A model generated the notes under the pieces. The model saw nothing but the letters and a program-made list of their open reading frames with translations, had not been told where the DNA came from and made no database searches. Below are positions 40,184 to 53,893 of a stretch of 64,000 nucleotides of DNA, one piece after another. The stretch is from assembly GCA_951406725.2 (NCBI GenBank), contig OX597824.1, positions 47,740,001-47,804,000 of the forward strand, in the 5' to 3' direction. The position numbers were made by a program, and so were the translations under genes. Source of the DNA: Octopus vulgaris (Eukaryota). Within the stretch, counting starts at the first letter, position 1. Each line of letters begins with the position of its first letter.

Positions 40184-43100
40184 TGATATGCTACCAATTT
40201 ACAGCGTAATTGATTGAGACATTGAGATTTAATACTTTTATCAAAGATACAGAGATCTGTAGTATACAAGGAGCCAACTTCCAGTTCAGTCAAGAGACCG
40301 TTTTTTTTTTCTTTTGTAACTATTATCCACTTAGACACTATGTAACTGTTATAAATTATAAATATCTGCAGGTATATTTTATCTTTTACTTGTTTCAGTC
40401 ATTAGACTGCGGTCATGCTGGGGCACCATCTTGAAGAATTTTTTAGTCAAATGAATCAACCCCAGTATTATTTTTTTAAAGCCTGGTACTTATTCTATTG
40501 GTCTGTTTTGCCAAATCACTAAGTTACTGGGATGTAAATGTGCCAACACCAGTTTTCAAGCAGAGAGAGGAGGTGGGGCAAACACAATGGGTTACTTTAA
40601 GTTTCTGCTTATCAAATCCATTCACAAGGCCCAAGGCTATAGCAGAAGACACCCAAGGTGCCATGAATTGGGACTGAACCTGGAATCATGGTTGGGAAGT
40701 AAACTTCTCACCACACAGCCATGCCAAACAACAAAATACAATTGCGACACATTATTTGAGTTAAAGAAAAGTCTTTGAGAAAATGGACATTGTAAATAAG
40801 TATGAATTATTTGCTTTAAGGTGCAGACAGTAGAGAACTGAATATGGTATTTACACCAGAGCCTCACTGTTCTGAATTCAATTCTCACAAGAATCAGTTT
40901 GTAATAATTGTCTGTCAGGTCAGATGTGGGGAATGTGCCATTGCAATATGTTGCTGTAGTTGTCATCGGTTGGTATATTCTTGGATCCTCCTTGGTGCCT
41001 GTCAAGCAGAGTCTCACTCAGTCTGCATCTGCACAATTAACAACACATTTTTACTTTGTAAAACTGGCCATATCAAAAGGTATTAATTTTAAATTGTAAT
41101 TGCTGTGCAATTGACCAATTATTTTTTTTTGTAACCTAGCAATTTGGAAATTGGCTTTTATTGATTAAAAGGTATGGAAGGATTTATGTTCTGTATGTTG
41201 ATGAGAAACTTGCTTAAACAACTTTTCTTAAAATCTTTTAGCCTCATGAATTTTTTCCCAAGTATGCAGATGTAAATTAACATAACTAACAAATCTATAA
41301 CTTCTTGTATCACAAGGAATATCACAATCACACTTTTGTAGCTTATGTCTTCAATGCTATACCATACAGTATTAAGTGTTGACATTTTTATCTAGGCATT
41401 TTTTGACAATTGTGACCCTTTTCATTGCTCTATTCTTCTATTGCCTGTAACATTTAACATTTTTCTTACATAAGACAAAAATTATTAGCTGAGTTCTTGA
41501 GGATTGGAAAATATTTTTCACTTAAATGTTTCATAAGGTGATGCTCTGTTTAATATAATAGTTTTCATTTTGGTAAATTTGTTTCATCAATACACAAGGT
41601 TTTTTATATGTAACTTCAAGGATTAAAATTAAATTTCCAATTTTGTTTTTGCCTCATGAAGAAAAATATTTAATTTCCTCACAAATGCAGTTAATAGATA
41701 TAAGGAATTATAAATTCAAAAGACATGTGCTGCAATTAAGCAAGTGATCTGAACATTATTTTGATTGCTGAATTAGATATAGAATTCCTAAAAATAAATA
41801 ATTTTCTGTTTGATAATATTTCTCAATGTAATTTTATGAAAGATTTGCTTACTTTTCTCATTTAATTCAGTAACTAAACCTTGTTATTTTGATACCAAAG
41901 TGGGATTGTTTTTTCTGCATTTTTATTTATTTTCTTTTATGATCAGTATTGATGGAATGATTTTTGGTGTATTTTATCTAATTGTCTTACAGAGAGAGCA
42001 TGCTCTTCTCCATGTGATACTACTTTTTTTTTTACATTTATTTTTATCCTTTATAAGTTTATAAAAATAATCATTAAGAATCACCTCTTATAATGAGGTG
42101 GTGCTGTTAAGAGATGATTTTACAATCTTATTAACAAAAGGGTAACATGAAAATTTCTCTGCTTCATATGTGTACAGAATTGTAAGCCCTGTTACAAGCA
42201 TTCATTACGTACAGTAAAAAAACAAAAAGAGCTGACTTCTTTGTTGACACCCACTTCTGAAAATGTTCAAATCATCACCATGATGTGCCTTCATTGTAAC
42301 TATTTTCCATTTTTAAACTTTGTTTGCACTTAACTCTGCTTCTCATTATTTGCACATTTTCTCTCTAAATAAGCCTATTACAATTAATTGACTCAAGAAG
42401 TAGGTGCCTAAATGCATACAAAGCCAACCATCCACATACATACATAAATCAAAAAAAAAATGTATATATAAGCACACAAATTATTTTATACAATTTACAA
42501 GCCTTAAATCTATATAAAATACTAAGATTAATTCAATCAACTTTTCCCATCTCCTGCAGATATTTTCCTTGCATGCCTAGTCAAAGGATTGTAAAAAAAA
42601 AGCAAGGCAATTACTATAAAACAAAGCTGGCTTTCTCCTACTTTAGAAATAAAGTGTCATGTGTCTATTGTAATAGAACAAATTGAAAATGAGTGGGATA
42701 CAGAAATGAGTATTGAAGAAACATTTCTTTGTTTGGTTTGGGACAATCTGATACAATTACAAACACAAGTCCTTTCTGTCTCATTATTATGGCCTTTTGT
42801 GATATAGTCTATATTGATTTAAAGTCCATATAATCAGTTTTTGTTTTTTATGATTATCAAAAATGGCCACCATGAAGTATAGTTGTCTTTGTTTTTAAAA
42901 TATCAACTTCAATGTGTTAGCTTTGTATGATTTTAGTTGTCTACATTCTTGTAGCACTTTTATTCTTTCACATATATTCCTGGAATACACTCACTCTCTC
43001 AAGCCCCTTATTTTCAACACACCAATCTCATTCATCCCATTTACTTAGTTTTCTCACTCCCATCCCAAAGTTTTCTTTATTTCTTCTGTTATAAATTATG

Positions 43101-43979
43101 CTAACTGAAAACAAAATTCATTAGTATTAAACATTGCCTTATATTCTAGGACTGGTTTCACTCTTCTGGAATGAGGCATCACTTTCAAGACTTCTAATTG
43201 ATTATATTGATTTAGTACTTTATTAGCTATTCCATATATCAACTAGACCCATGAAGCAGAAAAGCTCTTCATAAGAACTTCTCACTACAATAAAATATAC
43301 ACTATGGAACTGTATATTGAGTCCTCATTTGAACTATGGACTTCCCAGATCTATACTGGCCATATTCCCATAATTAGAGAGTGATAACATAAACTAATTT
43401 TAGCTTAAAAGAACATAACTCTAATAACTGAATGCCATAGGGTAATTTTTGTACTATGATTTATCAGCATCCCTTCTGTGCAGTCTTTGTCTATCAAATT
43501 TTTTACCTCAAAAGCTAGAGTAGAAGACACATGCTCAAGATACCATACAGTGGGATTGAATTTGGAACCATATGGTTGTGAAGTGAACTTCTTAACCACA
43601 TGGCTATGCCTGTATTAATTTTCTTTTTTGTTTTGTTTCATTTTTTTTCTTTCAGCGGTTGAATACATATTTCTGAGAACAGTAACCTAATGAACGTGGA
43701 AGCAAACTTTTAAATATAATCATCATTGAACATATATCTTTGTATTTTTATTTTATGGTGATCATAGATCCAAAACCTAATTCAACTGCTGAATATATAT
43801 CAAATGTATTGAAATTTTCTTTGAAAATATAATATCGATGCCTTCATTCTTGTTTTGTATTTATTGGGCAAACACTTGAACTGGACAACATATTGCATGC
43901 ATGGGACAATATATTACAATTTCCTTTAGAATAAATTATTAAAAATCAAAGGCATAAATCATTGATTCAGCTGCATTTC

Positions 43980-44018
43980 ATCGACAAAGTTCCTTACATA
44001 CCCGGGCTATGCTGCTAG

Positions 44019-44054
<36 letters not shown>

Positions 44055-44133
44055 CGTCTGTATACATCTGTACAGATGTGTATATATATATAGATGTACA
44101 TGTATAGTATAGTAGATGTGTGTGTGTATATAT
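43980..44133 (+). repeat. Inverted copy of the Helitron 3' end plus flank (partner 44582-44734)
   Basis: ATCGACAAAGTTCCTTACATACCCGGGCTATGCTGCTAG followed by the microsatellite flank is the reverse complement of 44582-44734, apart from microsatellite length. Confidence 0.9.
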
Positions 44134-44558
44134 TTCATTTCCGGCTAAACCTGTTGCTTATTGATCTTTTTACACAGCTTACATGATATACAACAGTCAT
44201 ATAGAAAAGATCAAGATCAGCACCTTATACACACAACAAGCTTCCATCAACTAATGACTAAAATCTGAGAGTTAAGCCCCTATTAGGGAGTCTTAGAATC
44301 CTCGTGAGAAGCGGAAACTTTGGGAATACTTCTCAATTTATGTCAACTACCTGTGGTTGAAATTTCATTAACATCAGAAATTTATGACTTTTCATTTCAT
44401 GGGAACCAAGTTTCTTACCACACAGCCACACCTTGACCTATATATATATGTGTGTGTTTATATACATGTATAAATATATGTATGCATGTATATGTGTACA
44501 TATTACATACATATATACGAACACATATACATACATACATAAACAAATCTATATATAC

Positions 44559-44605
<47 letters not shown>

Positions 44606-44695
44606 TCTACTATACTATACATGTACATCTATATATATATACACATCTGTACAGATGTATACAGACGCACACACACACACACATATATATATATA

Positions 44696-47238
44696 CTAGC
44701 AGCATAGCCCGGGTATGTAAGGAACTTTGTCGATAGGCAATGCCCTTTACCTTTTTACCCTTTTTTTGTACTCATTGAATCGTTATTTTGTAAAATGAAG
44801 CCTAAAAGGCATTAAGGCACCATTCCCTTGCATGCATGAAGAAAATCTATGACAGTCAAAGTGCATTTTCTGGTTTTGTTTAGCACACCCAACCCAGTTC
44901 TGCGAGATCAGTGTCACGACGGGAACGCATGGGTTGGGAGTTTGACAGGCAGAGGTGATATGGTTGCACATGCCGGCCCTTTTGACCCCCCCCCCAACCC
45001 AAGTTAGGTTCGGACCACAGCTAAGCCCTACCTAATCCTAACTTAAGTCTAGCGAAAGGGGGCTCGGGAGCCTCCAGTAGGCAACGACTAATCCCTCTAG
45101 GGAACGAAGGCGCATGTGTAGGTTGCAATGTCTTCTCTTCACTCCAATACTTCTGTGTATACAACGTTTCTAGCTGTCCCTTTGGGCGAAAACATGAAAA
45201 CATCATTGCGCCTCCCAACGCGTGAACAGCCCACGTAGAGTTGACCATGGGCGAAGCACTGTTCGCCCAAATGTAACCCAGCGACTTGTAGCATTTGGCC
45301 TTGGGATTTATTGATGGACATTGTGAAGCAGAGTTTAACAGGAAACTGAGAACGCCTGAAATGGATTGGTAGGTCAGCGCCCGACGGTTGAAGGTGCATG
45401 ACATCATCTCCCTTCCCACAACCGGTAAGTATTGTGGCCGTTATTAAATGTGGTGCCAAATGTTTCACAACCAGATGTGTGCCGTTGCACTGTTTAGGTG
45501 GAACCAAATTCCTGATGAGCATAATAGGCGCGCAGACTTTTAACTTCAGGATGTGTGGCGGTTCAAGTGAATTCAGGAATTCAACGGGATAATCGGCAAG
45601 CTTGGCAGGGTCTGCTGTATATATATATGTGTGTGTATGCAAAACGTATATACGCAGATACATACGTTCATATTATAAAATACATGTAAGTGGCAACATA
45701 TAGTAAATAAACACAAAATAATAGATATACACACACAGATGACATATAAGATCCATACCCAGATATGCACACATGGTTGTAGACATGTAGTACACCAAGA
45801 AGTTCTATATATGCATACATGTTTGCATATATCGGCAGTAAAATATATTTAATTATCAGATTTGTAGACGTGGACATCACCAGGAATAGCTTCAAGTAGC
45901 TGGATATTGATGGAGCTGACGGTTGTATTTTTGGGTGTGAGAATAGCTCTGCTTGCCAGCCATTTTAGGTCGCGTAAATTGTTTTGTAGGTTGTGGAAGA
46001 CAGCGTCCCGGAAGCTAGCAGGGGTGTCGACAGTGGTGCAAAGCGAGTCCAATTGAACGCAGCCGGCATCCTATTTTCACCGAGTGATAAAAGGTCTCTG
46101 GAGAATGCAGCGGATCTGCTGTCACCAATCAACTGCGTGTGAATGTTAGTTTGGAGGTGCAAGGGCCGCACATGTGCCCAAAGAGCTAACGACTTAAGGC
46201 ACGCATGCACGGGTTCCTTTAGGAATAACAGGTAGAGTCTGCCTGAAGTCTCCTGAAAGAAGTAAAGTCAATCCTCCCATGGGGGCCGTAGAGTCTCTGA
46301 TGTCTTGCAGGGACCAGTCCAGTGCCTCAAGGGCGCCTTTGTGTGCCATAGTGCACTCGTCCCATGTTCTGAGTTCTTGGCGATGTTGCAGATAGGTGAC
46401 TCGGACTTTGCCAGATCGAGCGGGAGTCTGAAGGCAGAGTGGGCAGTTCTGCAACCCAGAAGCAATGTGGCCGCAATACCAGAGGAAACTACAGCCAGGG
46501 CAATGTCCGTGTTGCATCTGACCTCCGCCAGAATTAGTTTCGTGACGAAGGTTTTGCCAGTGCCGCCAGGTGCGTCATGGAAGTAAATCCCCCTACGTTG
46601 CTGGTCGTTAGTTTGACATTTAATGCAAACTTGATGTCCAACATCGGTGTAGGGAAAATTCATGTGAACTTTCAAAAAATATATCAGAAAAATCGGTTTG
46701 CTATGTGTGCCACATATGATGTAATTAACCGATTTTTTCTAGTAATAACGTATCCTATTGGAATCAAAAGGGACATGATGCTCACTGTGAATTTCAAAAA
46801 AATTCCTGCCAATTTGTTAAAGATATTGTCGAAAATATGTCATCTTGAATTTGAATGCGATTTCCCAAAATGACATGATTTTATCGATTTTTTTCTGATG
46901 GTAAGGTATTGCATGGAAAACTAACAACAGAATTAAGTTCCTTAGGGTAACACTAAGCTTCACCATGAGTTTGGTGAAAATTGATTGCAAGTTGCGAAAA
47001 CTACAACAGAAAATGTGTTGCATATGAAAAGCTTAGATTCTCGATCCCATGTCGAATTTATCGATTTTTTTCAGAACTGGGGGAACTTTTCAAAATTTTC
47101 ACTGCGTTAGTTTTGAATTATGACATTGGGCTATGTGTGTGTCAAGTTTCATCAGAATCGGTTGAAAGCCATGGTCAGGGTGAGGGTACAACCTGACAGA
47201 TACACAGACAGACAAACTGTCTTTTATATATAGAAAGA
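44696..47238 (-). mobile_element. Internally deleted Helitron with PIF1-family helicase remnant and both termini
   Basis: DAPGGTGKTF (Walker A), [80 protein letters not shown]. Minus-strand ends A|TC (47238) ... CTAG|T (44696). Confidence 0.9.
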
Positions 47239-48002
47239 TATATGTATGTATGTATGCCTGTATATATGTGAGATTTTAGTAATAATAATGAAACTATTGA
47301 AGTGAAGGTATCTGACATTACAAGAGAAAGATGTTATTGTTTCACTTTTGACACGTAATACTGAAATAGTGGAAGAGATTAGCGATCTCTCTGGGCACGC
47401 ATTAGGCAAGAATATTTTTTTGCCCATCACACTACATAGACCCTAAGTAAAACATGTAAAATTTGAATGAAATCAGTTGGGTAGTTCTCAAGTTTTAGGG
47501 ATTCACACAGACACACAATCTCATCTTTATATATATATATTGATTCAAAGGTTGACTTTGCATTTCATCCTTTTGTGGTTGACATAACCAACATACCCAG
47601 CACCTCAAACTGCTGGCCATGGGCCAAAATTTGAAACCAATATCAAGATGTCTACGTACAATACAAACTATTGCTGTCTTTAAAATTAAGTTGCTATATT
47701 CAGTTACAAATACAACAAAAATTTCAAAATATTTTAAAATATAAGGAACAAGTATTGAATAATTTCAAAGAATTTCTTTAATTAAACCATTGTCATCAGT
47801 CTGGTGACTCATATTTTGTAAGAGTACTTTCATTCTTTCTCACAATAAGCATCACACCTGTGATACCAAATATCAACGCTCACAAGACAAAATGAACCAC
47901 TGCAGTCAGTTTTCCGACCAAAGATTCAATACTAAAATCATGTGATGGAATGAGCATAAAAATACTAAACTCAAGTGATAAAATGAATATAAAAATGAAA
48001 TA

Positions 48003-48326
48003 TTATTTCTGTGATTCCTCAACCAGATCTTTTACTTCACATGGGTTATTTTCATCTTGTCCTATATGACCAGCACTTTTCAGTTGCTCATACAACAACG
48101 TTTTCTGTTTTACCTGATATGTTATTGTTCTGTCCAAATAGTAAGTACTTTTAAGTTGAATATTTTGAATAATATCACTAAGAAGGTGAGCTGCATGAAC
48201 AGTTTTCCCAGGACAGTCCAGTTTGATGTTGTTTATATGCACATGGAAATGAGGATAAGATGGTTTGTAATGACAGTACATATATAGTTTATATGCTGGC
48301 ACACCATATTTCTTTTCAATGATTAT
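48003..48326 (-). CDS. DCPS: m7GpppX diphosphatase (scavenger decapping enzyme), exon 4 (last)
   Basis: CAG|IIIEKKYGVPAYKLYMYCHYKPSYPHFHVH...AHLLSDIIQNI...YYLDRTITY; HIT triad HFHVH. Confidence 0.94.
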   Translation of the reverse strand: MIIEKKYGVPAYKLYMYCHYKPSYPHFHVHINNIKLDCPGKTVHAAHLLSDIIQNIQLKSTYYLDRTITYQVKQKTLLYEQLKSAGHIGQDENNPCEVKDLVEESQK

Positions 48327-50754
48327 CTGGAAGAAAAAAACAGAAAAAATAAGCACAAGTATAGCTGTGTAAAAAATTTTGCTTGAAAATACATGGTTTG
48401 GGGTTCAGTCCCCAGTGTGGCATCTTGGGCAAATGACTTTTATTATAGCCCCAGGCCAATCAATGCTTTGTGAGTAAATTTGGTAGAGGGGAAACTGTGT
48501 GGAAGCCCACTGTGTGTGTGTGTGTGTAATCGTCCAACCCATGTTGGCATGGAAAGTGGATATTAGACGATGATGATGATATATACAAGTGTAAAAAATG
48601 GAATTTAGATTTGTCCTTTAATTTGGAGGTTGCCAAAAAAGATTTCTAATATTGATTCTTCATATTTTGCTGGTAGTTTACAGGCGTAAATTTGCGAATC
48701 TGAAAATAATACTTGTATATGGTGTGTTGTGAATTTATGGAAAGAAATCCCATAAACTCAACAATTTAGTTAACAATGGAGAAGAGAAGGTGTTAAAATA
48801 TATAAGAGAATTTTAATTCATGGAGATGATCATTTCGTACAGAGATATAAAAATAATGCAAATTCATGGTTGAACTGAATTAAATAACATCGCCTTACTG
48901 GCACCTGTGCTGGTGGCATGTGTAAAAGGATTCGAGCAAGGTCGTTGCCAGTACTGCCTGACTGGCCCCCGTGCTGGTGGCACGTAGAAAGCACCCACTA
49001 CACTCTCGGAGTGGTTGGCGTTAAGAAGGGCATCCAGCTGTAGAAACTCTGCCAAATCAAGATTAGAGCCTGGTGCAGCCATCTGGTTCGCCAGCCCTCA
49101 GTCAAAATCATCCAACCCATGCTAGCATAGAAAGTGGACGTTAAACGAACATTAATTACATATCAATGTACTCTTCAGTGCAAGAAGTATAAACAAAATT
49201 TTGACAATGAACTTGAGAAAGGAAATAGCAGAGAAGAATTTAGGGGAGTCATTTTTATCCTTATGAGAAAAAGAGATACAAGTCTAGTTTTGTATTAACT
49301 ATAACTAAAGGCTATAACGGTTATTTGATAATATAAGTAAAAAGAAGTTACAGAGACGTTCCCTTTATAGATGAGTTAGGATATTAGAAATTTGACCTTC
49401 AAATAAGTTGCAGAGGGCAAAAAATTGTATAGAAATATCCAATGGAAAGGCATGGCTATATTTGAATTAAGATATGACCTGAAAGTTAAAAACATTACTT
49501 AGTGTGGTGTATATTTAAAAAAAAAAATCATACATGAGAATGAAGTTAATATTGAGGAGATAGTGTATAAAGAGCTACTAGATAGTTAATGTAAAAAAGT
49601 GTTAGAGAGGTAAAAAGGGTTAAAGAAAGAATAAGATGCGTAAGATGGACTTACGTTTGCATAAGAACTAATATTCGTTAGTATGTATTAAATATAAGGT
49701 AGAAAAATAAGTAAAAAAAAAAAAAAGAAAAGAAAAAATAGCTGTTAATATTACAATTTAGATAGTAAATACTTGATGTGACTATAAAGATGAAAAAAGT
49801 AAAGTTGAACTAGATAATGGGTGCTGGAGTACGGAAAAGTAAAACAATGTAGGGGAGATAAATGAGCTGGGAATGAAAATAAAGGGTTTATTTTATATGT
49901 ATTGATATGTAAGGTTATACAGTAACTATGTTTTAGTATAAATAAAAATGATGAGGTAAGAAACTAACCTGGCATAATGTGAGAGGGATATTTAATGTTA
50001 TTATGGTAGTATTAATATTCAAGTAATAGAAGAGTATTGCGTATTATGAATATAAGAAAAGGTATGAGTATAGGAGTGCACATAAGTATACAAAAAATTT
50101 ATACATAACGTCAGAAAAAAAAAAATCTTATAAGGAAATAAGTGTTTAGTATATTTACTCATACGTGAGTAGAGGCATATTTGCACATTAGTATACATAG
50201 ATATATGATTTCTAGTTGTTTTTTGATTAGGGTATACACAAAAGAAACACCATACAAAACTACATACTCATACCGGTGCAAAAAGAGAAAGGCGCACACA
50301 TATAAAAAAAAAAGTATATATATATATGTGTGTGTGTGTATGCAAAACGTATATACGCAGATACATACGTTCATATTATAAAATACATGTAAGTGGCAAC
50401 ATATAGTAAATAAACACAAAATAATAGATATACACACACAGATGACATATAAGATCCATACCCAGATATGCACACATGGTTGTAGACATGTAGTACACCA
50501 AGAAGTTCTATATATGCATACATGTTTGCATATATCAGCAGTAAAATATATTTAATTATCAGATATAGTGACAAGTAACATAAACCAGAATGGGTATGTT
50601 GAGGGAGTTTAATGGACACATAAAGCAAATAAAATAAAATAATTATAGGTATATACTAAAGAAAGATATAATTTTTTAAAAAACCCCAGACACATTGAAA
50701 GAAAAGGAGGTGTAGGGAGAGATAAAGTGTTAGCCCAATGTCAGTGTGCACACG

Positions 50755-51272
50755 CATTGGAGTGTAAGCACCCTGAGAGAAATGTTGGACATAAGAAGCA
50801 TCAAATGTGGTGTGCAAGAGAGACGACCGGTAAGTAAAGTGAGATCACAGCAGTAACCTATACCAGTGTCGCATAACCAGGCCATTTAAAAAGTATCTTT
50901 GAATTGTCAGGTGACACACTGTGCTTGAGGAGACCTATTGAGTCAAGTAAAATCAAAAATGACACATCAAGTCACAATCAAAAATGGAAATTGTAGCTGT
51001 GGCCAATGCCAGCACTGCCTGACTGGCTCATATGCTGGTCGCACACAATAAGTACCATTCATGCACGTGTCATTGCCAGACTGGCTCCCATGCTGGTGGC
51101 ATGTGAAAAGCACCCACTACACACTCGAAGTGGTTGGCATTAGGAAGGCATCCAGCTGTAGAAACATTGTTCAGATTAGATTGGAGTCTGATGCAGCCTC
51201 TTGGACTTGCCAGCCCCCAGTAAAACCGTCCAACCCATGCCAGCATAGAAAACGGACGCTAAACGATGATAA
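50755..51272 (+). mobile_element. Deleted RTE 3' fragment
   Basis: LREMLDIRSIKCGVQERR remnant joined to the 3' UTR and a GACGCTAAACGATGAT tail. Confidence 0.8.
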
Positions 51273-51283
51273 TATATATATAT

Positions 51284-53893
51284 ATCATCATCATAATCGT
51301 TTAACGTCCGTTCTCCATGCTAGCATGGGTTGGACGGTTCGACTGGGGATCTGGGAAGTCAGAAGGCTGCACCAGGCTCCAGTCTTATCTGGCAGTGTTT
51401 CTACAGCTGGATGCCCTTCCTAACGCCTGCCAATGTTCTGAGCCGTGAGGATGAAAGACTTGAGGTATTTCGTGTTGCAAGACAGTGTGTGAGAGAGAAT
51501 CGTGATGTGGTAGGAGAGAAATGTGTCCGCATGGATGATGGTTCACTTGCGCTAAATGAGGATGCAAAGAGAGAGGTTTGGAGATGCCACTATGAAAGGT
51601 TGCTGAATAAAGAAAATGAATGGGATAAAGAGAGTCTGCCGAAAGTCAACCCAACAGAGGGACCAGCCATCCGAGTTGACAATTCTTTGGTAGTTAAAGC
51701 AATTAGAAGCATGAAGACAGGGAAAGCCCCAGGCCCATCAGGAATTACTGCATAGATGCTCAAAATATCTGGCAGTGTTGGCTATAACCTAGTCACCAGT
51801 ATAGTCAACCAGGTGATACACGAAGGAGTCATACCCAATGACTGGTGTAGCAGCATACTAGTCAACTGCTACAAAGGTAAAGGTGATGCCCTAGATACAA
51901 ATAATTACAGAGGTATCAAGCTGTTGGATCAGGTGATGAAGGTTACGGAGAGGGTCATAGCCCAACTAATTAGAGAGAGTTAGTTTAGATGAGATGCAGT
52001 TTGGGTTCGTGCCAGGGAAAAGTACCACTGATGCTATATTCCTGGTAAGGCAACTGCAGGAGAAATACCTAGCCAAAGATAAGCCCCTGTACCTGGCTTT
52101 CATTGACAGGGTCCCCCAATCCCTTATCTGGTGGTCAATGAGGAAACTAGGGATAGATGAATGGCTGGTGAGGGCTGTGCAAGCCATGTACAGAGATGCC
52201 GTAAGTAAGGTTAGGGTTGGCAACATGTACACAGAAGAATTCAAAGTAGAGGTTGGGGTCCACCAGGGTTCAGTACTCAGCCCCCTCCTATTTATCATAG
52301 TCCTCCAGGCAATTACGGAGGAATTCAAGACATGTTGCCTCTGGGAGCTCCTCTATGCTGACGACCTTGCTCTAATTGCTGAGTCACTATAAGAACTGGA
52401 GGAGAAGTTCCAGGTGTGGAAGGAGGGTTTAGAATCGAGGGGCCTTAGAGTCAACCTAGCTAAAACCAAAGTACTAATAAGTAGGAAGGTAGACAATCCA
52501 CAAATGTCTTCAGGAAGATGGCCCTGCTCGATCTGTAGAAAAGGTGTAGGTAGAAACTCTATAAGATGTACCCAGTGTAAGCTATGGACACATAAGAGGT
52601 GCAGCAATGTCAAAGGTAGGCTAACTGGGAAGATAGTTTTTGTATGTGGCAGATGCTCGGGAGCATTAACCTCTGAAAATCTGCAGAAAACAACTTCCGT
52701 CACTTTCCAGGGGGAAAAACTAGAAGTAGTTGATAGCTTCCGTTACCTAGGTGACCAAGTCAGTAGTGGGGGTGGGTGCGTTGAAAGTGTAACTGCTAGA
52801 ATAAGAATAGCCTGGGCAAAGTTTAGGGAGCTCTTACCTCTGCTGGTGACTAAAGGCCTCTCGCTCAGAGTAAAAGGCGGACTGTATGATGCATGTGGAC
52901 GAACAGCCACGCTACATGGCAGTGAAACATGGGCCGTGACTGCTGAGGACATGCGTAAGCTCACGAGGAATGAAGCAAGTATGCTCCGATGGATGTGTAA
53001 TGTCAGTGTACATACTCGACAGAGCGTTAGTACCTTGAGAGAAATGTTGTACCTAAGAAGCATCAGTTGTGGTGTGCAAGAAAGACGATTGCGCTGGTAT
53101 GGTCATGTGGCGAGAATGGATGAAGATAGGTGTGTGAAAAAGTGCCAATCCCTAGCAGTTGAGGGAACCCGTGGAAGAGGTAGACCCAGGAAAACCTGGG
53201 ACGAGGTGGTAAAGCACGACCTTCGAACTTTAGGCCTCACTGAGGAAATGACCAGCGACCGAGACCTTTGGAAATATGCTGTACCTGAGAAGACCAGGAC
53301 AAGTGAGCCCAGCCCACTTATGCATGCCTTTCCTCCCTTGGACATAAAGACCTGTTGAGGCAAGCGAAGTCAATATCGAACCTCATCCGACGACAGGCAC
53401 CCATGCCAACCCCCTTTGCTTGCGAAGACATGTTGGGGCAAGTGAAATCGAAATTGAAATTGATATTGAACCAATCCTATGACTGGCACCCGGCAGATGC
53501 CAGGACCCCTGGACTGGTGGTACGTAAAAAGCACTATCCGAATCATGGCCGATGCCAGCGCCACCTAGACTGGCTTCCGTGCCGGTGGCGTGTAAAAAGC
53601 ACCATCCAAATAGCGGCCGAAGCCAGTGCCGCCTCGACTGGCTTCCGTGCTGGTGGCACGTAAAATGCACCAATCCGACCGTGGCCGCTGCCAGCCTCGC
53701 CTGGCACCTGTGCGGGTGACACGTAAAAAGCACCCACTACACTCATGGAGTGGTTGGCGTTAGGAAGGGCATCCAGCTGTAGAAACATTGCCAGATAAGA
53801 CTGGAGTCTGGTGCAGCCTTCTGGCTTCCCAGATCCCCGGTCGAACCGCCCAACCCATGCTAGCATGGAGAACGGACGTTAAACGATGATGAT
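51284..53893 (+). mobile_element. Young 5'-truncated RTE LINE in DCPS intron 3, with an inverted RTE 3'-end fragment fused to its 5' end
   Basis: ORF pieces across 51428-53358 (NYRGIKLL, QFGFVPG, HQGSVLSP, YADD, PHD-like finger, FRYLG). Tail GACGTTAAACGATGATGATG at 53875-53893. 51284-51427 is a minus-strand tail copy. Confidence 0.93.

Noticed and set aside
45139-46675. Host PIF1 helicase gene
   Set aside because: Intronless, frameshifted and bounded by Helitron TC...CTAG termini.
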